The translations under genes were made by a program, and so were the position numbers. The notes under the pieces were generated by a model. It ran no database searches. It saw only the letters and a program-made list of their open reading frames with translations, and was not told the DNA's origin. From the NCBI GenBank assembly GCA_051362555.1, contig CM120641.1:16554001-16618000 (forward strand): DNA of 64,000 bases. Reading direction: 5' to 3'. The DNA is from Lingula anatina. Taxonomy: Eukaryota > Animalia > Brachiopoda. Below, piece after piece: positions 11,343-23,300 of this stretch (the stretch's first letter is position 1; the number at the start of each line of letters is the position of its first letter).

Positions 11343-14300
11343 AGTTAAACAGTTTTTTGTGAAAATTTAATTTTTCACATATTGGCATTTTCAAGGTGTG
11401 ACTTTAAAGTTCCATGATACTGAAGACTTTTGCTTGTCACATTTTCTGAATGTCTATGTTACTAATATTTTATTAATAACATTTGATTGTCATTATGCTG
11501 TTAAACATTATGTAATGTTGCATCAAAATTTGAAGAAACCCCTATTTTGTGCACTGCTCCTATGATGACCATTTAAGGGAAATCATGTCACTTACTGTTC
11601 TCAAACTTACAGGAAAGAAACATGGGTCTAACATACAGCTTCAATAGGCAACGCAGTCTGTTTGGTAAAATTTTCTGGCAATTTAACAGTTTTTTGTGAA
11701 AATTTAATTTTTCACTTATTTGCATCTTTATTTCACTTTTCTCAGCATATATGCAGCACCGATAACACGATATGTGAAATACCATTTTACCTTTTGGCTT
11801 GAAACTTACAGAACTGATGAATATTCATAATACGCAGGTCAAGTTTGAAAAACAGCATGATAGAGCCACTTTTATGGAAGTTATGCTGTTTTTTCATTTT
11901 TTTAGCATATATACAACACTGATAATACAATATAAGAAAAACAGATAGGCAAATTGTCATTTTACTCACAAGAGTGGTCAATCTTACTAAAACATAGGTT
12001 GAGTATGAAAATCAGCATAATCGGTCCATTATTTTAGAAGTTATGCTTTTTTTTCACATTTCCTCAGATTCAATTCTTAGGCATGTTAATAGTCTCATTA
12101 TTGAACTAATAAGATACATAAAAGTGTTTGTTTGACATTTCCTGCATCTTTACAACATTGTCAGTTGATTATGTAAAAATGATGGTAAATTTGTTATCAT
12201 GTATTGTGTGATGAAGTGTCAAAACTGGAAATAAACTCATATCATTGCAATTTGTCATATTCAATCATCCACTATGTTCAGAATCTTAGATGGAGGAAAT
12301 TGGACATTTAACACTGTTCTATTGATATTTTCCCCATCTCATCAATTTTATTAGTTCGTCATATAAAAATGGCAGTTAATTGTTAATTTTGTTTTATGTT
12401 AAAAAAGTGTTAAAAATGGAAATAAACCCATTTCAGAAAAGTGCTGTCTTGTTTACATTTTGGCATTTTCAAGATGTGACTTTGAAGTTCCATGGTCCTG
12501 AAGACCTTTGCTAGTCACATTTTTCTGAATATCCATGATACTAATATTTTATTATTAAAAATTGATGGTCATTATGCTGTTAAACATTATGTAATATTGC
12601 ATCAAAATTTGAAGAAACCCCTATTTTGGGCACTGTTCCCATGATGATCATTTAAGGAAAATCATATCACTCACTGTTCTCAAACTTACAGGAAAGAAAC
12701 ATGGGACTAAAATATAGCTTCAGTAGGCAATGCAGTCTGTTTGGTAAATTTTTCTGGCAATTAAACAGTTTTTTGTGAAATTTTAATTATTCATTTATTG
12801 GCATTTTCAAGGTGTGACTTAGAACCTCCACGGGCTTGAAGACCTTTGCTAGTCACATTTTCTGAATATCCATGATACTAATATTTTATTATTAAAAATT
12901 GATGGTCATTATGCTGTTAAACATTATGTAATGTTGCATCAAAATAGAAGAAAACAATTTTTGGTGTTGCTGCCATGATGACCATTATGGGAAAATCATG
13001 TTACTTACGACTCAATCTTTCAAAAAAAGTTGGAAAAGCAGTCTAATTGGCTTCTTTTTCTGGAATTTATACATTTTAGTGAAATATTCATTATTATCTT
13101 TTTGGCATATTCATTGTGGGACTCAGAACTCCCATGGACATGAAGCCAAATGGTAATCAAATTTTCTACATGTCCTTGCTATTCATAGTCAATAATAAAA
13201 AATTGGTGATCATTATTCTATAAATTATTATGTAATGTTACATCAAAATTGACAAAAATATTTTTGTACTGCTTCTGCAAACATTATGGAAAGAAAACTG
13301 TGTTACTTATTATTATGTTTAACTTACAAGTATGATTTTTAGGATTGGCATGCAGTTCAAATTAGAAAGCCAGCTCAATTGGGTTATCATTTATTATTGA
13401 ATTTATGCAATTTTGTGTGAAATTTTCATTTTTCTCATTCTGGCTCTTTCTAATTGTAAATTTGAACTCTGATGGACCTGAAGCCTTATGCTTTTACTTT
13501 CGTCGTTGTTACCTGTTCTGCATAATTAAAATTTGATATTGACTGTGCAGTTAAACATAATGTACTATTGCATCAGAATTGGCAGTCTCCTATTTTTGTG
13601 CATTATTGTTTTGTGCTTTTCTTAAGCTGTGTCTTATGGGACAAATTTGTGTGGTCAGTCTGTAAATTCCCCTTGGGTATTCACTAGGCTAAGTTTAGTG
13701 CTATAAACTCATTTGCCTGATTAAGTGGCCATTAAATGAGATTTCATAAATCACACTTGTTGATATTTCCCTGTAAACTCCCAAAGGTTAAGCTCTCTGC
13801 TAGATAACAGTGTGCATAATAAGGAAGCACTGAATAGCAGCTTCATTAGATTATATTTTTGTTGTTTTCTTTTTAATTTCTTCTCCAACACTGGCATTTT
13901 TAAGATGTGACTTTCCCATCCACCTGAGGCTCTGCACAATTTCTGTATTTCCACGTAAGCAGTTGTATTGGTATTCATGTCTTTAAACACTAGTAATATT
14001 ATTTTATGCACTGTCATCATTTTTCTTATATTGGGACTTTCATCATGTGAATTTTAACTCTCATGGTCATGAAACTATAATCTTATTGAAGGGGTGGATT
14101 GAGACCATCTTCTGGGTCTCCTGGAAGACAGTTAGATTTTTTATATTGATGGGTATCTATTTTTTTCTTTTGGAAGACCATCAAAATGGAAGATGGATCA
14201 ATAAAGATACTTTAGAATACTGTCAAAAATATTTCTGGATCTGCTCCTGTTATTGACCATGTTACCTGTTGTGCATAATGAAAAATCAGTGTTGACTGAC

Positions 14301-17300
14301 TGCTATTATAAGCATTATTTATTGTTGCATCAAAATTGACAAAATGACCTCTTTTGCATCTTTTTTTTTCTGTTTTTTGTCTGTACATTTGACAGCTTTG
14401 CTGCCTTGTTTTTTTTCAAAAGTGAATCAGCATTAAAATATTTGTAATTTATAAAACCAAACCCTGTGTGGTACTAAAATCAGATAGTGCTAAAATTATT
14501 TATAAGTCCAAAAGTGAGGAGGTTCTCTGAGAATTTAGCACAGTATTGAGATGGCCTTTTAACTTTTGGAATTCAGGTGACTATGGTAACACCCCTGGCC
14601 TGGGCTTTCTTAGACTACACAGCACATTTAGACATGATCTAAAGATCTATGCGTCAGATGAAGGCAGAGTACAAATGACAGCAGCTGCTTTTACTAAGGT
14701 TTGTTGTAGTCATAGATTTTGAATGTGATCATCAGGATGAGGTCACATTACATGTGGGATCTGTCCTGTTATTTAGGTATTTAAATGTCTCAGGAACCAT
14801 GAAGAATCATAAAGCCTGTATGACCTTATCAATGAAAATGACAAAAGGTCCAAAAGATTATCAGTTGCAAAGACTTTAGAGTACAATGTGAAATAATTCT
14901 TTCAGGGACTTCTTGCCTTGGAGGGGGAGTTGGCCCCAGTACTGGTACAGATGGTGAAGAGTGCAGACACCAATGGTCTGCTGGATGAGGACAGAGAAGC
15001 AGCTAAATATCAAAACAAGTAAATTGAAGAGTGATATTTTTGAAAATAACCATAAAATATTAAATGGATTTAATAGCACAGATAGACATATTTAGAAATA
15101 GCCACTGCAGACTTTCAATGTGTTATTTGAGTCAAATCAAGGATCAAATGAATTTTATAATTTATGTTTCAAGTTTGAGATTAAATTGATGAAGTGCTTT
15201 TGTTAACTACAGGTTAATTTGTCACAATTATTGAGTCTGGAATCTAATGCTGTCTCAATGTACAGTTATAGTAGTTGAAGAACTGAACTGAACACATTAC
15301 TTTCAGAATCAAAGCCAAGCTAAAGCAGATTTTAAATGAAGACAAAGATTTTGAAGAAGAAGACATACAGCAAGTAAGTTTTTCAACCTCTGACAAAGAT
15401 TGTTTTATCACAGAATAATGTTTCAGAACACATTTTGAAGCCTCAGAATTTTGTGAAAAATCTTTATTTTTTCTGTGGAAAAAGATGGGATATGTTGTAT
15501 GTTTTGTACTTTTTAATTTTACCACAGTATGTGGTTCTTCAATTCATTATTAGTACCACCAGTGTATATGCTGGCGGTACTCATGGTTTTAGTCCCGACC
15601 CGTCTCGTACAGCTCCGCTGGCTCCTGCGGCTCCGCCGGCTCCGCAGTCGGGCGCTGGAAACAAGTCACCGTTAACGCTTCTCCTCCTAGACCGCCAGGA
15701 CCTGTGTCTCCATCTCTTGGATTTAGGTCATGTATAATCTCAACTTGAACACCCTGGTTTTTTTGTCTCTGTCTGTGCATTAGCCTGGGCGTGACACTTG
15801 TTGAAACGCACCCTTGTCAAAATTTTTGAAAATTCAAGGCTAAATATCTCCCAAACCAAAGGAATTATGGGAAAAATTACTACAGAAGTCTGACCGAAAG
15901 TCATATGTGGAGATTCCAAATATGCCCTTGGATTTGACTTTTGACCTTTTTCTATGTTAAATATTCCAAAATTAGCAGAGATATGCCCATAATTACTATT
16001 GAACTTGAATAGGAAGTCATATACTGGTAATCTAACTGTGACCTTGAAATTGACCTTTGACCTACTTTTCATGATGAACTGCACTTTGAAGTTTTCTGAT
16101 CTTTATATCTCCAAAACTGGCAGAGATACACCCATAGTTACTATTGAACTTGAGTAGGAAGTTATATAAAAGTAATCTTACTGTGACCTTTAAATTGACC
16201 TTTGACCTACTTTTCACCATGAACTGAACTTTGCAAATTTTCTAGCCCTTATATCTCCAAAACTGGCAAAGATACACCCATAGTTACTATTGAACTTTAA
16301 TAGGAAGTTATATACTGGTAACCTAACTGTGACCTTTAAATTGACCTTTGACCTACTTTTCACAATGAACTGAACTTTGCAAATTTTCCAGCCCTTATAT
16401 CTCCAAAACTGGCAGAGATACACCCATAATTACTGTTGAACTTGAATAGGAAGTCATACACTGGCATTCTTATTGTGACCTTGAAATTGACCTTTGACCT
16501 ACTTTTCAACATGAACTGAACTTTGCATGTTTCCTGGCCTTCATATCTCCAACATTGGCAAAGAAATGCCCATAGCTACTATTAATCTCATATAGGAAGT
16601 CATATACTGTGACCTTGAAATTGACCTTTGACCTACTTTTTTACCACAAACTGAACTCTGCATATTTTCTTGCCCTTCATATCTTCAAAACAAGCAGAGA
16701 TCTGCTCAGTGTTGTCCCTAGGTTTTCTCTTTTGTCAGCATACCGGCATATGCAATACTGATAATGCATTTCAAGGAAAACCAATAGGCCTATTGTCTAG
16801 AAAATCACAGGAATGATCAGTGTTAGGAAAATACAGGTCAATTTGAACATCTCCTTGACTGGACCATTTTAACTGTTATGTTTTTTCTATTTTTTTTTTT
16901 TTTTTTGCATATTTTGAGAACTCTTGTTTATTGCATTTTATAGAGCTTGTCAAGCTCAAGACTGGTGGTGGTGTCCAATTTTTTTTTTTTTTTTTTTTTG
17001 GGGGGGGGGGAGGGGGGGTCCATACAAATGCGCTTACTCCAGCTGGTGGTACAATATCCAGAGGCGGTATCGCCTCTCTGATCCTCTAGTTAAACCATTT
17101 AAAGTTATGTGAAAATTTGAAATTGATGATAACCTCATTGTTGTGCCAGTTATGTGAGGACAGCCAGTCCATCAGGACAGCTCTCATGTTTATCAAGAAC
17201 CCGCGGCAGATGTGTAAGAGGATCCATGCCCTCATCCAGAAACTGACGGGAAGGATAAAGCAGCTAAAGGCAGACCCTAGGACAAGAGGTGAACAAAAAT

Positions 17301-20300
17301 TATAGTAAAATCAGAGAAAAAAAAAAGATAAATGCTGCACCCTTTTTATGCTCTATTATTAAATTTAACCATGAACCATGTAATGACCATCAATCAATAA
17401 ATAAACTGAGCATCCTTTTGGTTCAGGGAAGACGTTATACCACAATGAGACTTGGGAGCTAATGCAGAGGAGGTGGGGCAAACTGGAGAGAGACTTCCAT
17501 CAGAGGAGTGGTTTGTTTGACATCAGCAAATTACCAGATATTTATGACTGTATTAAGTATGATCTCCAGCACAACCAGGAGGCACTGCAGTTTGATAACA
17601 CAGAGGAGCTGTACGTGTGTTCCAAGGCTATGGCTGACTTGATCATACCACAGGTAATGATTTTATTTCTCGGTTACTTATTAATACCACTGGTAATGAC
17701 TTCATCTTACCACAGGTAACAAGTTTTTTTTTGTTGATGACTAGATTATTCCAAAGGTAAGGATGTGATTTGTCAATAACTTTATCGCTCCACAGGTAAC
17801 ACTTTTTATGTCAGTAACTTGGTCTATATTTCACTCTTCTTATTTTCATCTCTAGGAAAAAGATGACAATAAGACAGGAATCTAAATTATGCTGTTAGTA
17901 CCCAAAAAAACATTACTTTCAAATTTTGTGTTTTTATAATTAATTAAGGGGAAAGTTTTTTTTTTAATGTTCAGGAGTATGGCCTTTCTAAAGAAGACAA
18001 GCTGTGCATTGGCACCAGTATCAGCAGTCCCCTCCTGAAGAAAATTTACTCTGATCTTCAGAGTAATCTCGAGGAAGATTTCACAAGGCTGGATTCAAGG
18101 TTAATAAACGATCAGCTTGATCTTTACTTAGAAAATTGCATATTGGTTTAATTTCCCATAATATGCTTAATATGATTTTTGCTTGCTTAGTAAAATAAAT
18201 CATTGTTGGTAATTTTTGAAAAAATCTCTAAATATATGTTAACACTAATCTCCTTATCAATATTCTTAGTTGATAGATATTTTGCTTTTACTTTTTGCTC
18301 CATTATACCTAGAACATTCTAGATAATGTACTGTGATATATTGTGTATATAGACATATGTGTATTGTCTTTAGTGTGTGTACTGTCATGTGTCATAGGGC
18401 CATGAACCACGACCACAGCTGTGGTGATTTCCAAAAGAAAAATATGCTGGTCAAATGTCATTAGAAACCTTTTGATATTTATTGTCAAAAATGATTTTTT
18501 GCTTATGTTTGTTATAACCCTTGCAATCTTTAACAGTTCACACAAAAGTTGCATCTTTGTCAGTGCTGTGTAGAGATTCCAAAAATTTATAAGTAGAATC
18601 TTAAACAAGGTGTCAAAGTTTATAAGTAGAATCTTAAACATGGTGTCAAAGTGAACAGTATTCCCATAGGACATTTAGACTGTTAACCCTTTGTTACTTG
18701 TCCTCATGTGTTCCTTACTTTGTATATGAACCTCTTGAAAGGTTAAACCCCACCACTTACAGAATTATTTTATGTTTTGTTTGTATGGAAAAATACATCT
18801 GTATATTTTCACACTTTGTGCATGGTAGTATATTTGATAGAATTGGCTACAACAAGGGACCTTTGACAAGAAAAGAGACTTCTGTCAACATATTTATATA
18901 GATTTGGGTTAAGACTTGCTTCTCTAATTTTTGGCTGACACTTCTCTTAGTTTTGATGTTTTTGTAGGTATTGCAAAGGAGTAGAGTCGCCCTACCTTCA
19001 TGTGCGAACACGCCTTTACTTCACAAGCGAAAGTCATATACATTCACTCGTCAATGTGCTTCGTTATGGTGGACTGATCGATGTAAGTTTGGGTTGTAGT
19101 GTAGCTGTATATAATCTAACTTGGGCCTCTGTTCTTCTCTTTGAGCATGACTGTAATTGTGATTGCCTTCTAGGTATTGCAAGGGGGTGTCCACGCCTTA
19201 CCGCCATGTTCGAACACGGCTGTACTTCACAAGTGAAAGTCACATCCACTCGCTCCTGAATGTAATTAGATATGGGGGACTTCTGGATGTAAGTGGAGAC
19301 GCATGGAGGAAATTGCTTTTACTACTTCCTAACAATGCACACAGTTTAACTCTTCTTAGGCTGCTTGTGTGAAACAGTTTGTATGTTTGTTTGTGTGACT
19401 TTCTTGATAACAAAATACTAAAATAAAACATTTCATAGTACGGTACTAATTAAAAATAGCATTAGAATTCTAACAATCTGGAAATTAAATTTTCAATTTT
19501 TTCTCTTGTTTCGGTGATCACCATGACCCTTGCCCGAGGCTTTTGTGGTGGATATGTGGATCACATTGCAGATTTATTTAATGACAAAAACATTTGTTTT
19601 GAAGATTCAAAGGTCATGGTGACTACTTCCATTGTCTCTTAAAGTGCATTTCAACACATATATAGAATGGGTTTACAGCGACACAGAAAGTGGTGGATCC
19701 AATATCTGTGTATGAAATGACAAAATGTTAAAAGATTTTCATCTTGCTATCTCACTATATCAGCTCTAAAATACTTAGGTCAGGCAAAAAAAAAAAAAAA
19801 AAAAAAAAAGGATCCACCACTCAATTAATATCCTGATTTAGTTGTTTTTTTTATTGTTGATGATTATGTGTTGTTTTGTCATCCTTTGTCTACCAAAAGA
19901 GATTTGAAATAGTTATGTATTGCCTTGTAACTGAGTCATTTTTTAAAACTGACATGCTTTATTCAGTGTGTAATGTGCATAAATAGCTAGCATCATGGCC
20001 TGGTATCTTGTTCATATTTTATTGTTCAGAATTTTGCATTGTTGTACATCTGCAGATGTTAGATTTAAGAAATAATATCAATAGAAATCAAGTATAGACT
20101 GTTTTTGTACTAACATTCCTGTCTCCACAGCTAACTGATGATTATAAAAGATGTTTTAGAGTAGGGGGTAGTGCAGCCCTTACCTTTGTTGTAATTTGTG
20201 ATCACTTCCCTTTCCTCTTCCCTCAGCGCACACACACTTCAGCGTGCCCCTCGTTTGTCAAATTTTTAAACAAGTTCACACACAACTTCCTAAATAGTGT

Positions 20301-23300
20301 GTTGCATTTGTGCACACCAAGCTACTGAAGAGAAAGGCCTTGGCAATTAACATTTTATTGCTGCCAACCCCCAACTCCCAGCCCCTTTGCCCTTTTTATG
20401 TCCTGAAAAAACACTTGTGTCTACCCAGAAAAGGCGGTGAGGATATGCATGACTCCTCAAAAACACTGAACTTTATGACATTCTTTTTCATTCTTAACGT
20501 ATCTGTTGTGAATTTTAAAAGATCAATAAGTATCTCAAAAATCAACCACTGTGATACCTGTCATTGAAATTTCACTTTATACAAATATATGGTGACATCT
20601 ACAGCAAAGAACATTTTTGATGTAAAAACTTTGAATTTTTGTCACATTCCTAAATTGCATTCAGTGCCAAGAATCATAGCATAGTGGATTATTTTTGAGA
20701 AATTCAATACAGAGCCAACCAACATAAGTGAATTAGTGAGTAATAGTTTGGCAATCACATTTATTTGATAGTTCAGTGTATCGGTTTTGCTTTTTCCAGG
20801 ATTTGACTGATGAGCAGTGGAAAAGAGCCATGGAGTACATAGGCAGTGTGTCGGAGCTTAATTATATGACACAGTTAGTGCTGATGCTATATGAAGATCC
20901 CAGCCAGGTAAGTACATGGGTTAAAATTAATTTTTTACCTTTTCAGGCAGCCTCTCCTGCCCCTCTCTAGTGAAAAAATTTCTTGTTATTTTGATTGTAT
21001 AATGTTATGCACTACTTCAAATTTGCTCCTGTTAAGTAGTCATTATACCACTAATGAAATATTTGAGTATCACCAACTTATATGTCCATGTCTGTGTGAT
21101 ATAACACAACGTAGAAAATGAGAATCGTATATGGCTCATAAAATGAACATGAATTAATTTTGCATTTGGAAGTTGACTTTAAAGAAGTCTGTACTTAAAG
21201 ATATGTGAAATGTTTTGAGCTATACAGCTTTTAAGAACATAAACATGCCATTGTGTAATGCACCATTACAAATGTTGTATACTGTGTACTCAAAGTTACA
21301 GAAACTTTCATGAAATACAATGTAATTTGCAACAACTTCTCTTCCAGGAACTTGGCTCTGACAAGAGGTTTCACGTGGAACTTCACTTCAGCCCTGGTGC
21401 CTATACCTGTAACATGGAGAAGGACAAGGACTTCCCTGTTGGCACTGGTTACAGACCCAAGGAGCAGAAGGTGCAGCACAGCTAGATTGGTTTGATTACT
21501 CTAGGCTATCACTATGTAATTGAGGCTTGAAGCAGTATTATCTGTGTCCATGTGGTGTAAAGATTAGTTGCTACTCTTAAAACACTTAGTTTTAGGATTT
21601 TTGTTATGTAAGGGTATGCATGGAATATAGAATTCTTAGGTCCTGGCTCAAATTGTAGCCCTTGGCATGGGAATTAGTCCTAGCATAAGGCAATACTTGA
21701 AGGTCAAGAGGCATGATGTAATGTTGTCGTTAACTTTTTCTGCTTCAAGGAAAGTGTCAAGGTCCATCCAGATGCTGTCCCTTCTAGACCTGATGTTTCT
21801 ACACATACTACCCCACAAGAGGCAGCCATCCCTGCTCAGACAAGCCAATCAGCTAAGGCGGATGGTGATTTCACTATGGAGGAGATCATGGAGCCACAGA
21901 GTGCCCCAGTTATTCTGGAGGTTTGGTTTAGTTTTATTCAATGAAAATTGAATGTTATTACCTATTTTCAAGTATCAGTATTGAGTTTTTTGCCCTAGAT
22001 ATAGGTATTTATCTTATATTTAACTTGTAAAAAAATTATTCTATATACAGATTAAAACTGGAAAATCTGAAGGTATAGGAAAATGATGATGATAATAATG
22101 ATAATTTGAAAAAATCTGGTGAAATGAAAATCAATTTTTCATTAAAAATGAAAAAAAGAATAATTTCAGCATTGTGTTTTAGAATGATACATTGGTTGAA
22201 GAAGAGGAGGGGAGAAGCACCCAGATCCCTGCCAGTGGTGTGACTTCCAGTGTGTCTAACTCACAGGTCCAGGCCTCTCCCAAGTCAACAGCTAAACCCA
22301 TTGATATTCAAAAGAAAAGGTTTAGAGTGATACCAAGATCAGGTGAAAATGATCTGTCAAACATAAACTTCAATTTAAATGTTAAAATTTTTAGTTTATC
22401 CCGAATAAAACAGGGGTTGGTTTACAATTGTCTCTCAATTAAATCAAAAACAAAATGCTTAAAACAGTATTACTATTAGGTGTATAGAAATTAATAAAAA
22501 AAATGTATGTTTGTGTTGATCAGTACATTGCTTGGCAACTACATTTGCACCATGTGGAATTTTTGATAAATGACAAACTCACTTTGCTCTCTTCATTGAT
22601 TTGTAATTTTTCTCCCAGATGACAGTTTGGTTGCTCCGTCCGTAGAGACAATAACAGAAGTGGAAGAGACAAAGATAAGAAGCCAGAACAGCAGCCCAGA
22701 TCCCACCAACCATTCTAAGAGTGCCGAGGATAAAACTACAAGTATGTACAGTGTATGAACATATTCAGTTTCATCCAGAACTGTAAAACAATGCTGAAGG
22801 GATTGTCGTATAACTAAAAGAGGGGAAGGGATATAAGTCATTTTTGAGATGCATTTGGTTTACTTAGCAAAAATATTCAGTCTTAGACTCATCATGACAG
22901 CTAACATTGTTACAATATGTAAAATATAGTTTTGGGAACTATAACCACATAATAATACCCATGTGGATTTTTCATGAAAAGAACACTATTTCTTGAATTC
23001 TATAAGTACATCTTAAACAGTTGAAAGCTGTATTGAACTTTTACATGTATGCTACTCTATACTACTGCTATCGTGTATTATGTATGGCTTGATATGAAGA
23101 CTATACTAACGGTTTTCAGTGGTTAAAACTTTGCACTTCTTATTTTTTTAACTGCTTAACAGAAGATGCTAACCCTACTTGTAAGTGCCTGACTAGAATA
23201 CTCCCACATTTTTGTATGAAGTGCCCTAATAAGTTTTTTATTATGATGATGTGTTGTATAAATTTTAGACAAACCAATATGTCATAAGAAAAAAGGCATG

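Larger units (their letters stand above)
7483..14410 (+). mobile_element. Large non-autonomous Helentron-associated (HINE/DINE-1-like) element with internal tandem repeats, interrupted by a nested insert
   Basis: 5' hairpin ATGTACAGACACAGATGTGTCTGTACAT, (GTC/GCC)n microsatellite ~7555-7590, ~160-bp core repeats 7600-8200, 3' subterminal inverted repeat TGTCTGTACAT (14378-14388), short 3' hairpin GACAGCtttGCTGCC, T-rich ends. Confidence 0.72.

Noticed and set aside
15435-16423. Short ORFs (Pro/Ala-rich and repeated KSRSKVN peptides)
   Set aside because: These are translations of the HINE microsatellite and 146-bp repeats, with no domain signal.
18309-18674. 121-aa minus-strand ORF
   Set aside because: Intronic, AT-rich, contains a 33-bp tandem duplication and has no recognisable motif.
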